Source: Eledone cirrhosa | Taxonomy: Eukaryota | Direction of reading: 5' to 3' | NCBI GenBank assembly: GCA_964016885.1 | Contig: OZ024747.1 | Coordinates: forward strand, 3,968,001-4,032,000 | DNA: 64,000 nucleotides | Shown: piece by piece, positions 44,262-57,757 of the stretch | Numbering within the stretch: position 1 is the first letter of the stretch | How the letters are laid out: every line of letters starts with the position of its first letter | The notes under the pieces: generated by a model | Told to the model about the DNA's origin: nothing | Seen by the model: the letters and a program-made list of their open reading frames with translations, nothing else | Database searches by the model: none | Translations under genes and position numbers: made by a program

Positions 44262-46110
44262 AGTTTTCTAAGTGTTATTAAGCAGAGCTCTCTGGGCCTT
44301 GGGTATGTGCAATGTTTTGTTTTGTACTTTCTGTTGTATTGACAATACCCTATATAATATGTTGGTGTTGCCTAGAAGTGATATTGCCTGCATGTTGTAG
44401 ATATTTACAACTCCAGAGGTTTGGGTCATACATTTGTCTGGCTCATATTTAATCATTGCCAAGACACTTATTAAAAGGATAGTTTCTGTTTTTATCTTCA
44501 GATTTTAGTTATGTTTGCTTTCAGAACTTCCTAATTGAAAATTTGTTTCATTTTTTTAAAAATATATTATTGTTAGTTGGATTGATACATTGATTGGGAG
44601 GCATTCCTGTTCTTGGAAATCCTTGACAACCAACAATATTCACTAGATTAGATTTGATTTGATTTCCCTGTCTGTGTAGATTGGCACGTCCCAGAGTATT
44701 GTTGCTTTGTCATCTTCTGAGACCTATTCTAGTGTATATCTATCCACTGCTTTTCTGTTGGTATTATATAACACTGGCATAACTTCCAGTGTCTGAAAGT
44801 CCCAGTTCTGTTATACCTGTATACTTTCTTGGTTATAACTTTTCTGTTGGTATTATATAACATTGGCATAACTTCCAGTGTATGAAAGTCCCAGTTCTGT
44901 TATATCTGTATACTTTCTTGGTTATAACTTTTCTGTTGGTATTATATAACACTGGCATAACTTCCAGTGTATGAAAGTCCCAGTTCTATTATACCTGTAT
45001 ACTTTCTTGGTTATAACTTTTCTGTTGGTATTATATAACACTGGCATAACTTCCAGTGTATGAAAGTCCCAGTTCTGTTATATCTGTATACTTTCTTGGT
45101 TATAACTTTTCTGTTGGTATTATATAACACTGGCATAACTTCCAGTGTATGAAAGTCCCAGTTCTATTATGCCTGTATACTTTCTTGGTTATAACTGGGC
45201 ATCCAGAGACAATATGGTTAATTGATTTTTTTTCTTTTTTTTTTTGTTTATACCATTTTAGTTCAGACATGGCCTGAATGCTTGCAACAGAGTGAACTCA
45301 GCTTACGGTACTTGAGGGGCCCTGTGGTGGTGGTGTTAAACCAGGCAACAGATTAAGTCTACCACCAAGAACTCAGCATACAAAGAACCAGAACAGATAC
45401 TGCAAAGCATCCTGTCTGATGCACTAATAATTCCACCAATCTATTGTCCTGGATTTGTACTTTATTTTATCAAACTTGAAAAAAATGAAAGGCAAATTTG
45501 AGCTTGGTGAAATTTGAACTCAGACTGCAGTGAGCTGGAACAAATACCACAAGGTATTTGGTCCCATGCTCTAACCTCTCTACCAATTTGATGCCAACTT
45601 TCACATATTATGTTGTTACATAATGCATGCGTTAAGTGGTTCCTGGTGAGAAGGCTTTGATCCTATGTGGGTGATAATTAAGAATTCTTCACACCCAGCT
45701 TTAAATTCTTTACTTCTCATCCAGTGTTGGAATTTTTCTTTGGCAAACACTGTTTCATTTTTTTTATAATACTGACCATATACGGGCTTTTCTTGCTATC
45801 GTTTTCACATGATATTGCAAAGCCCTATTGTAGCATTTTTGTAACTTTTGTTGTTATTTCTCCTTTATTGTCACAATTCAGGCTATAACATTCCTTCCTA
45901 AACGTTTCTTTCATTTGTGTGTGTTGTACTATCTAATCCATTGATTTCAAAGTATTGGTATGTCTATATTTCATATAATTCTCTTACCTAGCATGGTATT
46001 TGTGTTGATAATTAATTTGGCTTTCTTCAGCAATGTCTTAGCATCATTTTTTAATCCAAATTTCAGATTACTTTCTCTTATAAATCTTCAATAAGGAGTT
46101 TTGTCATTCC
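44262..46110 (-). mobile_element. Decayed Dong/R4-clade LINE, 3' half, with nested insertions
   Basis: Remnants QMKETFRKECY (~45890-45920), HIVSGCPV, IHWKLCQ, ILWDVPIYTDREIKSN and NIYNMQAISLLGNTNILYRVLSIQ; 3' end lies near a (TTA)n tract. Confidence 0.7.
44750..45196. repeat. 89-bp tandem repeat x5 within the Dong/R4 remnant
   Basis: ggttataact recurs at 44831, 44920, 45009, 45098 and 45187. Confidence 0.9.
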
Positions 46111-46469
46111 TCTTGTAAATCTGCAGTATGTAATTTGTAGTTTTCCATATTCAAAAGATGGTTGATTGCCTCCTCATAGCATTTCTATCAAAGCACAATT
46201 TGGTTTAAAATGCTGTTTAATTTTAGGTAGAAAAGAAGTGTAATATGCGAGTCATTTTGAAATATTTTCGTCTAATTGAGATAGGATTAGTTTTTATAAT
46301 TCCGTTTTTATTTGTATTTGCTCAAAATGTATTTAATGTACCTGCTTACTCATGCTACCTTACAAGTAACAACATTTATAGGACCTACATGAGGGGAAAT
46401 ACTATGAAAATTTTTCTGGGGATCAATCTGTGCCATACTCAGACCTTTCTTTGTGGTAACATGATAAAA

Positions 46470-46770
46470 CCTTTCAATCTTCCATAATCAAACATTAACT
46501 ACCTCAGTTCTTCATGGGATAGTTCTGTATCTTCATCAATGACTCTCTTTAATGTCTTGACATGTCTTCCACATTTGCATTTCAAATTAGTGGGCTTCCA
46601 TAGTAAAGGTTTTGTAGCAGGTTCATTGTGTCTGATGACATGACCTGCCAGTTGAAGGCATGTGACATGGATGGTATGGTTTCACATTAGTGGGCTCCCA
46701 TAGTAAAGGTTTTATAGCAGGTTTGTTGCCTCTCGTGACATGACCTGCCAGGTAAAGACACCTGATGTCT
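46470..46770 (-). mobile_element. Decayed RTE-clade LINE 3' fragment with internal duplication
   Basis: Minus strand LQLAGHVIRHNEPATKPLLWKP; the block occurs twice (~46590-46660 and ~46686-46760). Confidence 0.65.
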
Positions 46771-47510
46771 TCAATTATGGCTTTATGAGACTCTTTTCGA
46801 TTGTTTATTTATTCTCTGCGCTATTATTTTAATTAAGGCTTTATAGGCTGTTGGAAGGCAGGTTATGGGCAAATGGCTTTTAGAGTTCATTGTTTTCTTA
46901 GTTTTGGGGATTAAGGTGGATTTCCCTTTAGGGAGTTAGTCAGGTGTTATCTCTGTCTTCCTCAGTATCTTATTTAATAAACAATGCTGTTAACATCTTT
47001 GTACCCCTGTTAAATATTCTAACGAGACATTTGGGACATTATTATGCCTTGGTGCCTTCCAGTTATTTGTTTCTTGGAACATCTGGCCTACATCTGTCAT
47101 GGTCTCCCATCTTGGGACATCTGGTTTACATCTGTCATGGTCTCCCATCATCATTGCATTGAACAATCTAAATCAATCCTAATTATTTCACTCCCATATT
47201 TCTTCGTCAAGTCTTTCTACTACTACTCTTGCTGTTGCATTCATTTCTATTTTATTCTTACTCAGGTATTTTGGGGTTGGATTCAAACTGTTTTTGTTTT
47301 GTTTTTTTCAAAATACAGGTATACCTCACCATATGTTGTTGATTGTTTCCAGAATAAAAATGACAAATATCGACCCCCCCCCCCTATAAACCCCTAATAG
47401 ACATTCCTCAGTGCTGTACTTTAACATACATACAGTATATAGTACAGTATCCTAGTATTTATATGATTTTATTGGGGTTTTTAGTGGGGTTTTTTTAGTT
47501 TAATATATTT

Positions 47511-47860
47511 GGCCAGATTGTCAGCAACTAAACCAGCAACCCCACCAAGTTTGGTGAGGAGGGGGATTTGTTTGTGACACCCTGCAACATGAAAAACAAA
47601 ACCCAACAAAGGGTGGAGGAACTTAGTAGATCAACGGCCATCCAAAAGCGTTTTTTTTTTTGGTGGTGGGGGGCATCACAGGAAAGGCAGACTCCTTAGC
47701 CTCGGTTGGCAACTGCCTAGGAGAAGGACACTCCAAAATAAAACCTACATGTGGACCTCACTGTCACAGCCCCAGCTTGCCTGGCCATAACAGACGAACC
47801 CCAGGTATAAATGGTTAAGCTAGTTATGTGCACACTGCACACCACCTTAAGACATTACTG
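47511..47860 (+). mobile_element. Putative RTE-type LINE 5' leader remnant
   Basis: Aligns with the minus strand of 40440-40649 from the same start point (gg.c.g.t..t..gc.actaaac..gcaaccc.accaag..ttggtgaggaggg). Confidence 0.5.
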
Positions 47861-49177
47861 CGCAGACATGAAGGTCATGTCAAGCCTTTAAATGTCCCAC
47901 TATATTTGCTACACTGACATAAAGTTGAGTCAATCGTCATAAAACAACGTTTATTTTTGCCATATGTTATTAAGAAAGACACTCTCATAACTTCAAAATG
48001 ATGTAAGCCTGTATATTGTTGTTGCTCTTCATACCAATAAATTATTTGTGATTCCGTGAGGATCTCTTGTTATAGGCAATTTATATTTCACAATGTTATT
48101 TTTTTTTTTGGGGGGGGGGGGGTTATATTTCATTTGTATGTTTCCAATTGTGTTGTATTTAACGATTAAGGGTCATTTTTTCTCATTTTCTATCATTTTC
48201 CACAATATTTTCTGGAGCTTTGATATTACTATATGAGAAGGGCTGAGAAACTATCTATATTTTGTTGGCTGTATGCTTCGTTTTGAGTGTTTTGATTTCT
48301 GTAGTGTTTTTAGCTTTGAGAATGTTTCTAATGTTAGCTCCTGTTGGTATCCAATGTTACATTTAGATCCAAACTATTTTCCCTTCAAATTTTATGTAAA
48401 TACTTTCATTGTAAACATGATTGATGTTAGGAAGGGAATCTGGCTGTAAAAAAACCCCAGCCAAAATACAGTTCCATTTGAGCAAGGTATGGCATGGCTA
48501 ACTTGCCAGACTTGTCACATAATGTGGACGACCTATCTAACCCATGCAAAAAAAAAAAAATAGTTTAAATGCTGCTGTTGATGACGATATATTCCTTTTT
48601 AGATTATCACTGTGAAATATATGGCTGTAGATTATAAATATATTCCTCTTATGTCCATTTTTATGCCTTCTCTCTTTATTTGTAATCCTGGAGAATTTCA
48701 TCTACATTGTCATCATTTTCGTTGAGTACAGATTTATTTGGTTCTGGTGAAGTTCAGTTTTACATGCACCCTTCTTCATATTTTTCTGCATCACATTCAA
48801 AGTACACATTCCCTTATTAACTACAAACTTTATGACATGATTTTTATGTATAATGTTGGTGATGATGATTTTGTGTTGGGGATAAAGACACAGAAATGTT
48901 TTGCTGTTGATATGCTCTGACAGTTTCTTTACACATGCTATCAGATCATGGAATGTAATATATTTATTATATGTGGTAATGATCAATAAATTTTTACAAG
49001 TATTACATATATAGTTATCTGTCATCATTTTCATTATTATTCTTTTTATTATATTCATTGTATTTTTTAATTGTTGTTACTGGATATTTACCAAAGAAGT
49101 CAACCAACATTCTCCCCCATTAAACAGCCCCAATATTCTCCCTTATTATTATCATTATTATTAACATTATTATTATA

Positions 49178-49576
49178 TGGATTGGCAGTATTGGTAGGAC
49201 ATTGACAACATACTTTGCAGCATAGAGTTACATCCCTTTTTATCCCAGCAAGGTTAGCTTTGCCTTTCATCTTTACGGGGTCGATAAAATAAAGTACCAG
49301 TAATGCGCTGGGTTGATTTAATCGACTTTCCCTATCCCTACAAAATGGTTGGCTTTGTGCCTGAATCAGAAACCATTATTATTAGGGTGGGGGATTGGTA
49401 GAACCAGTAGAGCAGCGGACAACATGCTTAGCAGTATAGAGTTACGGTCCTTTACATTGTGAGTTCAAATCCCACCGCGGTTAGCTTTGCCTTTCATCCT
49501 TGCCGGGTCGATAAAATAAAGTACCAGTAATACACTGTGATAATTGCTGACCTTGTGCCAAAAGTAAAAACAATTA
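49178..49576 (+). mobile_element. Two tandem SINE family A copies
   Basis: Copies at 49178-49378 and 49385-49576. Confidence 0.75.
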
Positions 49577-49679
49577 TTATTAGTATTATTATTGTTAATA
49601 TCTTTATTATTATTGTTTTTATTATTGTTTATGGACAGCCAAATAGTTTCTTTATACCTCTTATGGATTAGCTGATGAA

Positions 49680-50062
49680 GGTGGTGTTGGGGTGTTGGGG
49701 GTGTGTTGGAGGCTATAAAGGTGGTGATGATGGTGTTGGGATGTTGGGGGTGTGTTGGAGGCTATAAAGGTGGTGATGGTGTTGGGGGTGTGTTGGAGGC
49801 TATAAAGGTGGTGATGATGGTGTTGGGGTGTTGGGGGTGTGTTGGAGGCTATAAAGGTGGTGATGGTGTTGGGGGTGTGTTGGAGGCTATAAAGGTGGTG
49901 ATGATGGTGTTGGGGGTGTGTTGATGAGTGTTGGAGGCTATAAAGGTGGTGATGATGGTGTTGGGGGGGTGTTGATGAGTGTTGGAGGCTATAAAGGTGG
50001 TGATGATGGTGTTGGGGTGTTGGGGGTGTGTTGATGAGTGTTGGAGGCTATAAAGGTGGTAG
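49680..50062. repeat. G/T-rich minisatellite
   Basis: gtgttggaggctataaaggtggtgatgatggtgttgggg, variable unit of about 39-60 bp, 8 copies. Confidence 0.9.
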
Positions 50063-50306
50063 TGTTAGATTAGATTAAAGATAGTACTAAGTCTGGCAGT
50101 ACTAAGGTATAACAATACAAGAAATATTACGGTGGTGTAAGAAGTCAATAAATATATTAAGTCTATATTGACTGATCATTGAGAGAAAGTTCATTTCTTG
50201 AGTTATACACACACATATACACAGATACACATGTACATAATATATACATTTGTGTCCATATATATATAAATTCATGTACATGTATGTGTGTATATATATA
50301 TATGTA

Positions 50307-50347
<41 letters not shown>

Positions 50348-51661
50348 GCATATATATATGCGTACGATGTCATCATCATTGTAATTTGGTGTCTGCTGTA
50401 AAGGCTGGCATGAATTGGACAGAAGTATCTGTGTGTATACATATAAATATATATATAATGAAGGCACATGGCTAAGTGGTTAGAGCATTGGGCTTGAAAT
50501 CGAAAGGTTGGTCATGACTGGTTCAATTTATGACAATGACAATGAACTATAATGTGACAGAGCCACCCACAGATGACGAAGAGGTGGGTTAAACTGAAGA
50601 CTGATCGCAAGATACTGATGCTCAGAAAAAAAGATGATGAATACCAATAAGTTTACCGATAAGAATACCGATACTACAGACCTGTCTCATCCAGGCCAGA
50701 ATAGAAAAATTTGATAGTGCTCACACTGAAACTAAAAATTCCTAACAAGGAAGGACTGAACATAATAAAATCAAACTTCTCTTGTCATCCATCTCTCATA
50801 CTCTCCACACCTCTCACTATTATAAGCCAATGGGGGTCCCACACTCTGGCTACCCTGCAACCCCAATGGACAGAATAGAGAAAGTGTTTCCCTGGAGGAT
50901 GGTGAGGGAAACATGCAGCTCTAGAAAGATGTAAGATCATTAAGATGGTGAAGAAGCTATAGAGAGAGAGAGAGTGGTTCTTTAACATACATTTTACCTT
51001 GCCAATTGAAGATTTGGGTATTGTTGGAACAAGATTGTATTTTTTAAAACTGGATTCTTTAAATAATGGTGATTATTCCCCTCACCTCTCTGAGGGCGTA
51101 GGATTTTACATGGTGAAGCAAGCCAAATATAAAATATTTATTTTACACACACAAATATATACACACACTAATAAATATACACAAAAATATATATACACAC
51201 TAATAAATATACACAAAAATATATATACACACTAATAAATATACACAAAAATATATATACAACTAATAAATATACACGAAAATATATATACACACTAATA
51301 AATATACACAAAAATATATATACACACTAATAAATATACACAAAAATATATATACACACAAATTTATACACACACTAATATATATACATAAAAATATATA
51401 GACACACTAATATATACACACACAAAGATGCACACACATTAATATATACACAGTAATATATATATACACACTAATATATACACACACAAAGATGCACACA
51501 CATTAATATATACACAGTAATATACACGCACACTAATATATGCACAAACATATACATACACAAAGATGCCCAAACACAAAACACACAGAGATGCACACAC
51601 ACACACACGCATACACACACCCATAGACACACACACACATAGCCACACAAACACACACACA

Positions 51662-51742
<81 letters not shown>

Positions 51743-51967
51743 TCACAGACATGATTACATGATTTAAAGCCATGTTAAATCATTCATATCTGAAGCATAA
51801 TCAAATACTGAGAGACTAAAATATTTTCAGGGAAAAGTTAGTAGCCTGTAACTTTCCTTGAATTAGTTTATTCCTAATTATGTAAAGAAAGTATTTATGG
51901 CTATCAATAAAATATACATGCACAAATACATATTCATATATACACTCACACACATATATATACTCAC

Positions 51968-52331
51968 TCAGATGGTAGATGGGTGTTACACAAGAATGCT
52001 GAGGATGGCTCTGAATATTAATCAGTATACAATGAGGATGAAAAACTCAGAGCTGTATGGGAGCCTCCCAAAAGTCAGCTCAAAAGTGACACAGAGGAGA
52101 TTGAGGTTAGCTGGACATTCTTACCGACATCCAGAGTTGACATTGCACTCAGTGCTCCTGTGGGAGCCCCTACATGGACACACTGGAAGAGAAAGACCAA
52201 GGTTAACGTATGTTGATGCCCTAAGGACAGACACTGGCCTGTTGGAGACGCAGGACATGGCAGCGATAATGAGGGACAGAGACCACTGGAGAGAACTCGT
52301 CCATGGATCTCGGGAATTTTACCCGTCCTAG
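51968..52331 (+). mobile_element. RTE-clade LINE 3' fragment (same family as 24126-24428)
   Basis: DGCYTRMLRMALNI..RRLRLAGHSYRHPE..DRDHWR; nearly identical to the other copy and ends at the same stop. Confidence 0.85.
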
Positions 52332-52353
52332 AATATATATACATGAATGTATA

Positions 52354-52398
<45 letters not shown>

Positions 52399-53085
52399 GT
52401 ATGTATATATGTATATATATATTTATGAATGTATGTATATATGTATATATACATATATATAAATATGTGTATATATGTATATATATATATACATATATAG
52501 ATTATATATGTATGCATATATATATATACGTATATGTATGTATATATGTATATATAACTATATATGTTTGTATATATGTACATATATATATGTATCTATG
52601 TATATATAGGTATATGTATGTTTGTATATATATATAAGCAGTTGTATATTAAGCTACAAGGCTACAAGACAAAAATCTCCAATAATTTGATTATATATAA
52701 CCAAATAAATCAATAGTTAGCTGTATATTACCCAAGCAACTCTCTCTTTTTTGCCGCCCTTGCTCTGCAGGGGGTGCATGTAATTAGATTTTTATTGTCA
52801 GTTTTAAGACAAAAATCTCCAATAATATAGTCTGTTGGAAATTCAAAGAATATATATTTATTGGCCTCTAACATTTTGGTTTGGATGGCAGAGTACAAGG
52901 CCAATGCTTTCTTTTATCTTATATATAGCTGCAGAAATTTGAAGCATGTTCCTTTGCCCATGTATGTATGTATATATATATATATATATACACATACATA
53001 CATATGTGTGTTTGTGTCAGTGTTTTTATATATATATATATATATATATATTAAATGGTGATGAGGATGATATATATCTATATAT

Positions 53086-53250
53086 ATGAGTCCCGGGTTC
53101 AATCAGGGGTAACGACAGTAAGGTACTCAATACAATAGCAGAGTGTAAGCATAATGTTTAATATAGAAATGGCTTCTACAAGATTAGAAATGTTTCATTA
53201 AAAAAATCATCAGGTAAGCCCATCAGGAAAGGGCATCCCTTATGATTTCC
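53086..53250 (-). mobile_element. Family F insert with hammerhead, not inverted
   Basis: Homologous to 6291-6471 and 39197-39352; GTACTCAATA at 53123-53132. Confidence 0.65.
53171..53220 (-). ncRNA. Type I hammerhead ribozyme motif
   Basis: Minus strand reads GGCTTac-CTGATGA-tttttttaat-GAA-ACA-tttctaatct-TGT-A-gAAGCC. Sister copy 39216-39244 (minus) reads GAA-ACAG-ttctagtc-CTGT-A-GAAGCCAT. Confidence 0.65.
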
Positions 53251-53299
53251 AACAACAACAACAACAATATTTCTACATAATAAACTCACCATTGTAACG

Positions 53300-53500
53300 T
53301 AGTATTGGTAGAGCGTCAGACAACATGCTTTATAGCATAGTTTTGGCCCTTTACGTTCTGAGTTCAAATCCCACCAAAGTTAGCTTTGCCTTTCCTCCTT
53401 ACAGGGTTGATAAAATAAAGTACCAGTAATGCACTGGGGTTGATTTAATCAACTTTTCCTTCCCCCAAATTCGGGACTTGTGCCTATAGGACAAATCATT
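53300..53500 (+). mobile_element. SINE family A
   Basis: Match to the family. Confidence 0.75.
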
Positions 53501-53999
53501 ATTGTTACCTACTACATCATCATCATCATCATCATCGTTTAACGTCCATCTTCCACGCTAGCATGGGTTTAGACAAGAATTGTCCCACTTGAGGCAAGAT
53601 TGGTTGTCTTGCTCAGGACTGTCTGGCATGTTTTCTACGGCTGGATGCCCTTCCTAACACCAACCACACAGTGTGGACTGGGAGGTTTTTACCGTGTTAC
53701 CTACACGGCCACATTACAGCGTGGACTGTGTGCTATCTTTGTCATGACACCTACCCCACCTCATTTATTTAGGACTGGGTGTTGTGGCACCAACATAGCT
53801 TTACAGAGAAAGGGGTGGTGTAGATGGGGTGGGGGTGGGGGTAGTGGGATGGGGGTGTATTGTTGGTTAGGAGGTGCCTACTGACTGTAGGTTTCACTTT
53901 GTACTTAGGCAAGGCGGGTCTCGGGTTTATATATTTATAAACAGCAAAGTTAGAACTGTATGTATACAATTGAAGGAAAGTAGAGAATTATATATAATA

Positions 54000-54608
54000 C
54001 TAGCAGTGGTACCCGGCGTTGCACGGGATAAGGTATTTTGGAACGCGAGCTGCCAACAGACCTAATCGTGGAAAAACTGCATGAGTGGACAATATGTAAA
54101 GAAAATAAACCCAATACTCTGATGGCTGGATAATCTTTAAGATTTTCCTCGATGAAGCAGAAAAAATGCAGGTTTTCACCTAATGCGGGCCCTAGGGGAT
54201 CAAGAAAATGAATTTTTTTAATGTGCATAATATGCCTTGAAATTTCGGGAAAATTGGCTAGACGTAACGCCTAAAAAAAGCCCTAAAAAGCTGAAAAAAT
54301 GAAGTGTTTCACCTAATGCGGGGCCTAGACCATAAAAAAGTTGGATTTTCTTTGCTCACAGTATGAAGAAGAGACTGATTAATACATAGTTACAATTTCA
54401 AAGAAATCACTATGACATAACGACTAAAAAAAAACCTAAAAACCTGAAAAAACGCAATTTTTCAACTAATGCGGGCCCTAGGGGATCAAAAAGTTGAATT
54501 GTTTTATGTGCATAACACTCCCTGAAACATAAGTAATACACATGTAAAGTTTGAAAAAAGTCGGTTGGGTACTTCTCGAGTTTTAGGGATTCAAACTCAC
54601 AGACACAG

Positions 54609-54639
<31 letters not shown>

Positions 54640-54941
54640 GACATCCTCAGGGAAGTGACGTAATGCAGACATACAGACAGATATTATAAGGGCAAGACGT
54701 TATATGTATGTATCTATCTAAAAAGAGAAAGACTAAGAATTATAGAGAGAGATCGCTAAATCGCCTAATGCATCGCCCTAGGGCATTGAAAATTTGAAAA
54801 ATTTGTTTGCCTCAGAACACTCCCTGAAACATAAGTATTACATGTGTAAAGTTTGAAAACAGTCGGTTGGGTGATTCTCGAGTTTTAGGTATTCAAACTC
54901 ACACACACACAGACAGATATCCTCAGTTTTATATATATAGA
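54000..54941 (-). mobile_element. Non-autonomous Helitron
   Basis: Minus strand starts 5'-TCTATATATATAAAA and ends with the hairpin CCCGtgcaacgcCGGG then CTAG-3', inserted between A and T without a TSD. It has internal (CA)n, three ctaatgcggg-cctag repeats and a duplicated 5' block. Confidence 0.8.
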
Positions 54942-55267
54942 TTATGTAATTGCTACGTCTTTTTAGGATTAACTTAATGTGTTTATATAAATTAAAGGTT
55001 TAACGAGAAAGAAGTTATTACTGAGAAAGGTTTGGAGGTGCAGACATAAACACAGAGCAAATATAGACAAGTATATCAATGGAAAAAATCAACTTCTATC
55101 ATTTAAAAACATATTTATTAGATGATAAAAGTTGTTTTTTACCCATCAATATACTCATTTATATATATATATCACCAATTCTACTCAGTGGTGAATCACC
55201 AAACTTAAATGAATATATATATTCACATATATAGTAAAAATGAATACAAATTCCAAAGAGGGCTCTC

Positions 55268-55334
<67 letters not shown>

Positions 55335-55540
55335 ATAATAATAAATTTGAAGACTAAACTTTAATCTGTTATTTTAATAAATATATATATATATATATAT
55401 ATATTGTTATACTTGGGGAGGGTCATATTGTTGTAATAGATATATATCATCATCATTATTTTACGTCCACTTTGCCCCGCTTTGGAAGGGTGGATATATA
55501 TATATATATATATATATATGTATTCATATATATATAAGAA

Positions 55541-55594
55541 AGAGTTTCAGAAGATATCGATGGTGTGAAAGCAGAAATTCTTTACTTAAACTTT
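55541..55594 (+). ncRNA. Type I hammerhead-like motif with CAGAAGA core variant
   Basis: AGAGTTT-CAGAAGA-TATC-gat-GGTG-t-GAA-AGCAG-aaattct-TTACT-T-AAACTTT: stem I AGAGTTT/AAACTTT pairs, and stems II and III are recognisable. Confidence 0.6.
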
Positions 55595-55806
55595 AATCTG
55601 TACTAATAATAAAATCACTGCTAGTAGATGGATATTGTACAGAAACATATGTTAAGGAATGAACTCTCAATAAATTTCTCCTTTTGACTAATTCTTCCTG
55701 TCTAGTTATTCCTGTTTTTCGTGGTACTATACTTATTATTATATATAAACTACTAAAGTTTTTATGTAAGACAACTTGAACTCATTCTGCCTTTCACCAT
55801 TGACAG

Positions 55807-55960
55807 GGAAGTCTCCAAGGTGTTATTGAGATCAGTAAAGAAGAGCAGCACATGCTTAGACCAGTGGATCACTTCAGTGAGATGTCAACCATGTCTTCTC
55901 TTAGTGACAGTGGACAAGGCTGGAGTGAAGCCAGCACCACTCACTATGAGATATTACCAG
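55807..55960 (+). CDS. Protocadherin downstream cytoplasmic exon
   Basis: Acceptor ttctgcctttcaccattgacag| and donor CAG|gtaaac. The phase-0 frame is open: GSLQGVIEISKEEQHMLRPVDHFSEMSTMSSLSDSGQGWSEASTTHYEILP. It matches the phase-0 donor at 23736, and SDSGQG resembles the DSGxG (CM1-type) motif of protocadherin tails. Confidence 0.85.
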
Positions 55961-56439
55961 GTAAACATTTTGCCAATAACCTCTAATACGCCTTACACCT
56001 TACAATCCTCTCTTAACAAAATAGAAAGAATATTTCAATATAAGAGATGACATCACCTTATCTATCTTTCTCTCTCTTTATCTATTTCTATATATGTACA
56101 TATAATAATAATACATATAATAATAATATGTACATATAATGTGTACATATAATAATAATATGTACATATAATGTGTACATATAATAATAATATGTACATA
56201 TAATGTGTACATATAATAATAATATGTATATATGGAAGTTGTAGCCGCAATGTAGCAGATATACATATATATATTTCTATGTAATTTTCTGGGGAGTAAG
56301 ACACAGGTCCACAGCCTGGTACGTCAATACTCATCTTTTTCCATTTCTCCGAGGGTTCTTAACCCCACTATCAGGCTAAACTAAATAACTAAATAATTTA
56401 TTTAATTTCTTTAGTCAAAATACGGCGATAGCTTACATA

Positions 56440-56471
<32 letters not shown>

Positions 56472-56472
56472 A

Positions 56473-56795
56473 TGTGGTTAGAGCATTGGCCTTGCAATCG
56501 AAAGGTTGTGAGTTCAATTCTCAGACCGGGTGATGTGTTGTTTCCTTGAGCAAGACACTTTATTTCACATTGCTCCAGTTTACTCAGCTGTAGAAATGAG
56601 ATGATAGGGACTAGGGTCCCTATCATTCCACTGCAAACTGGTCGTGGAGGTGCCACAGCAAAAAAGCACCCAGCACTCACTGTAAATGAGGTTGGTGTTA
56701 GGAAGGGCATCCAACTGTAGAAATCAAGCCAGAATCAGTTCCCATCCCACCCTTGCAAGCAGGGAAAAGCGGACATAAAAATGAAATGAAATGAA
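56473..56795 (+). mobile_element. tRNA-derived SINE family B
   Basis: Head gtggttagagc..gagttcaatt, CORE-like ccttgagcaagacacttt, 3' part gttaggaagggcatcca..ggac.taaaatga. 3' parts recur at ~6520-6780(-), 17430-17672(+), 17905-18135(-), 29296-29415(+), 53515-53745(-) and 59636-60260(-). Confidence 0.65.
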
Positions 56796-56799
56796 TATT

Positions 56800-57003
56800 A
56801 GGGAGTTGTGACCTGACGACTGAGCTCTTGTTATTTCGACAACAAATTCCAGATTCTGAATTTTGGAGTCTGGAATTTGCTGTCAAAATAGCAAGAGCTC
56901 AGCTGTCAGGCCCCCGATGCTTTAATATATTTACACTCTATCTCAAATATTGAGTACTCTGTGGAATAATGATCTTATTAGTTCAAAAATTGTATAATCC
57001 TGA
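56800..57003 (+). mobile_element. Fold-back insert with hammerhead 3' half (related to family H)
   Basis: Arms span 56812-56910; consensus gtcGAA-ATAGC-aagagctca-GCTGT-C; TATTGAGTAC at 56948-56957. Confidence 0.65.
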
Positions 57004-57564
57004 TCTCTCTCTCTATATATATATATATACTAGCATGGAAGATAGACGTTAAACGATGATGATGATGATGATGATGATAACAATATATAAGTATATATGA
57101 AGTATACATAATAATGGCTATGAAGTATACATTTGTCATTGTTATTGTTGCTGTTGTTGTTCAGCCCCAAATCTGTACTGATTAAATATACCTGTGATCA
57201 TAGAAATTGCAGTCATAACCCTTGCTAGCAGGGAAAGCATATGTTAAAACAATGATGATGATGATGGTTCTTTTATCTTTCATCAAGACATATCTTAGAC
57301 AACACTATCTAATTTGCTCCTATTTCTAGCAAGTCAATCAGGATTACGGAGCCTTTTTAGTACTAAAACCACATTGCATATTACTAAGATTCCTGTTGAG
57401 ACCATACCATCATGTCCCTAGGTATTGGGAAGTCAGGACCACATTATCCAAATCTCTCTTCTTTTCTAAAGTGGTAGGGAAATTTGACTGTTATTTCTAA
57501 CAGGTCATACAATGGCACAGAGAATTTCTCATTGGCAGGTTTAGATTTATTTGTTGAAAAATAC

Positions 57565-57757
57565 TGATTTCTGATTTAGGGTACAAAGCCAATAATTTTA
57601 TGGTAGGGGAAGTTGATTAAATTGATACCAGTAAATTACTGGTACTTTATCGACCCCATAATGATGAAAGGCAAAGCTATCCTCAGCAGGATTTGAACTC
57701 AGATCGTAAATGGCATAACCTTATTCTATAAAGCATGTTGTCCAACGCTCTACCAAT
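57565..57757 (-). mobile_element. SINE family A (diverged)
   Basis: Reverse match to the family. Confidence 0.7.

Noticed and set aside
55050-55160. Degenerate inverted repeat
   Set aside because: Too diverged and AT-rich to assign; possibly an old fold-back insert.
56473-56530. tRNA gene (also 28620-28685, 50465-50510)
   Set aside because: A/B boxes only, no cloverleaf, and it continues into a SINE body.
56813-56819. CTGACGA as a hammerhead core
   Set aside because: It is only the mirror image of the GTC-site region in the fold-back arm, and the following spacing does not fit.
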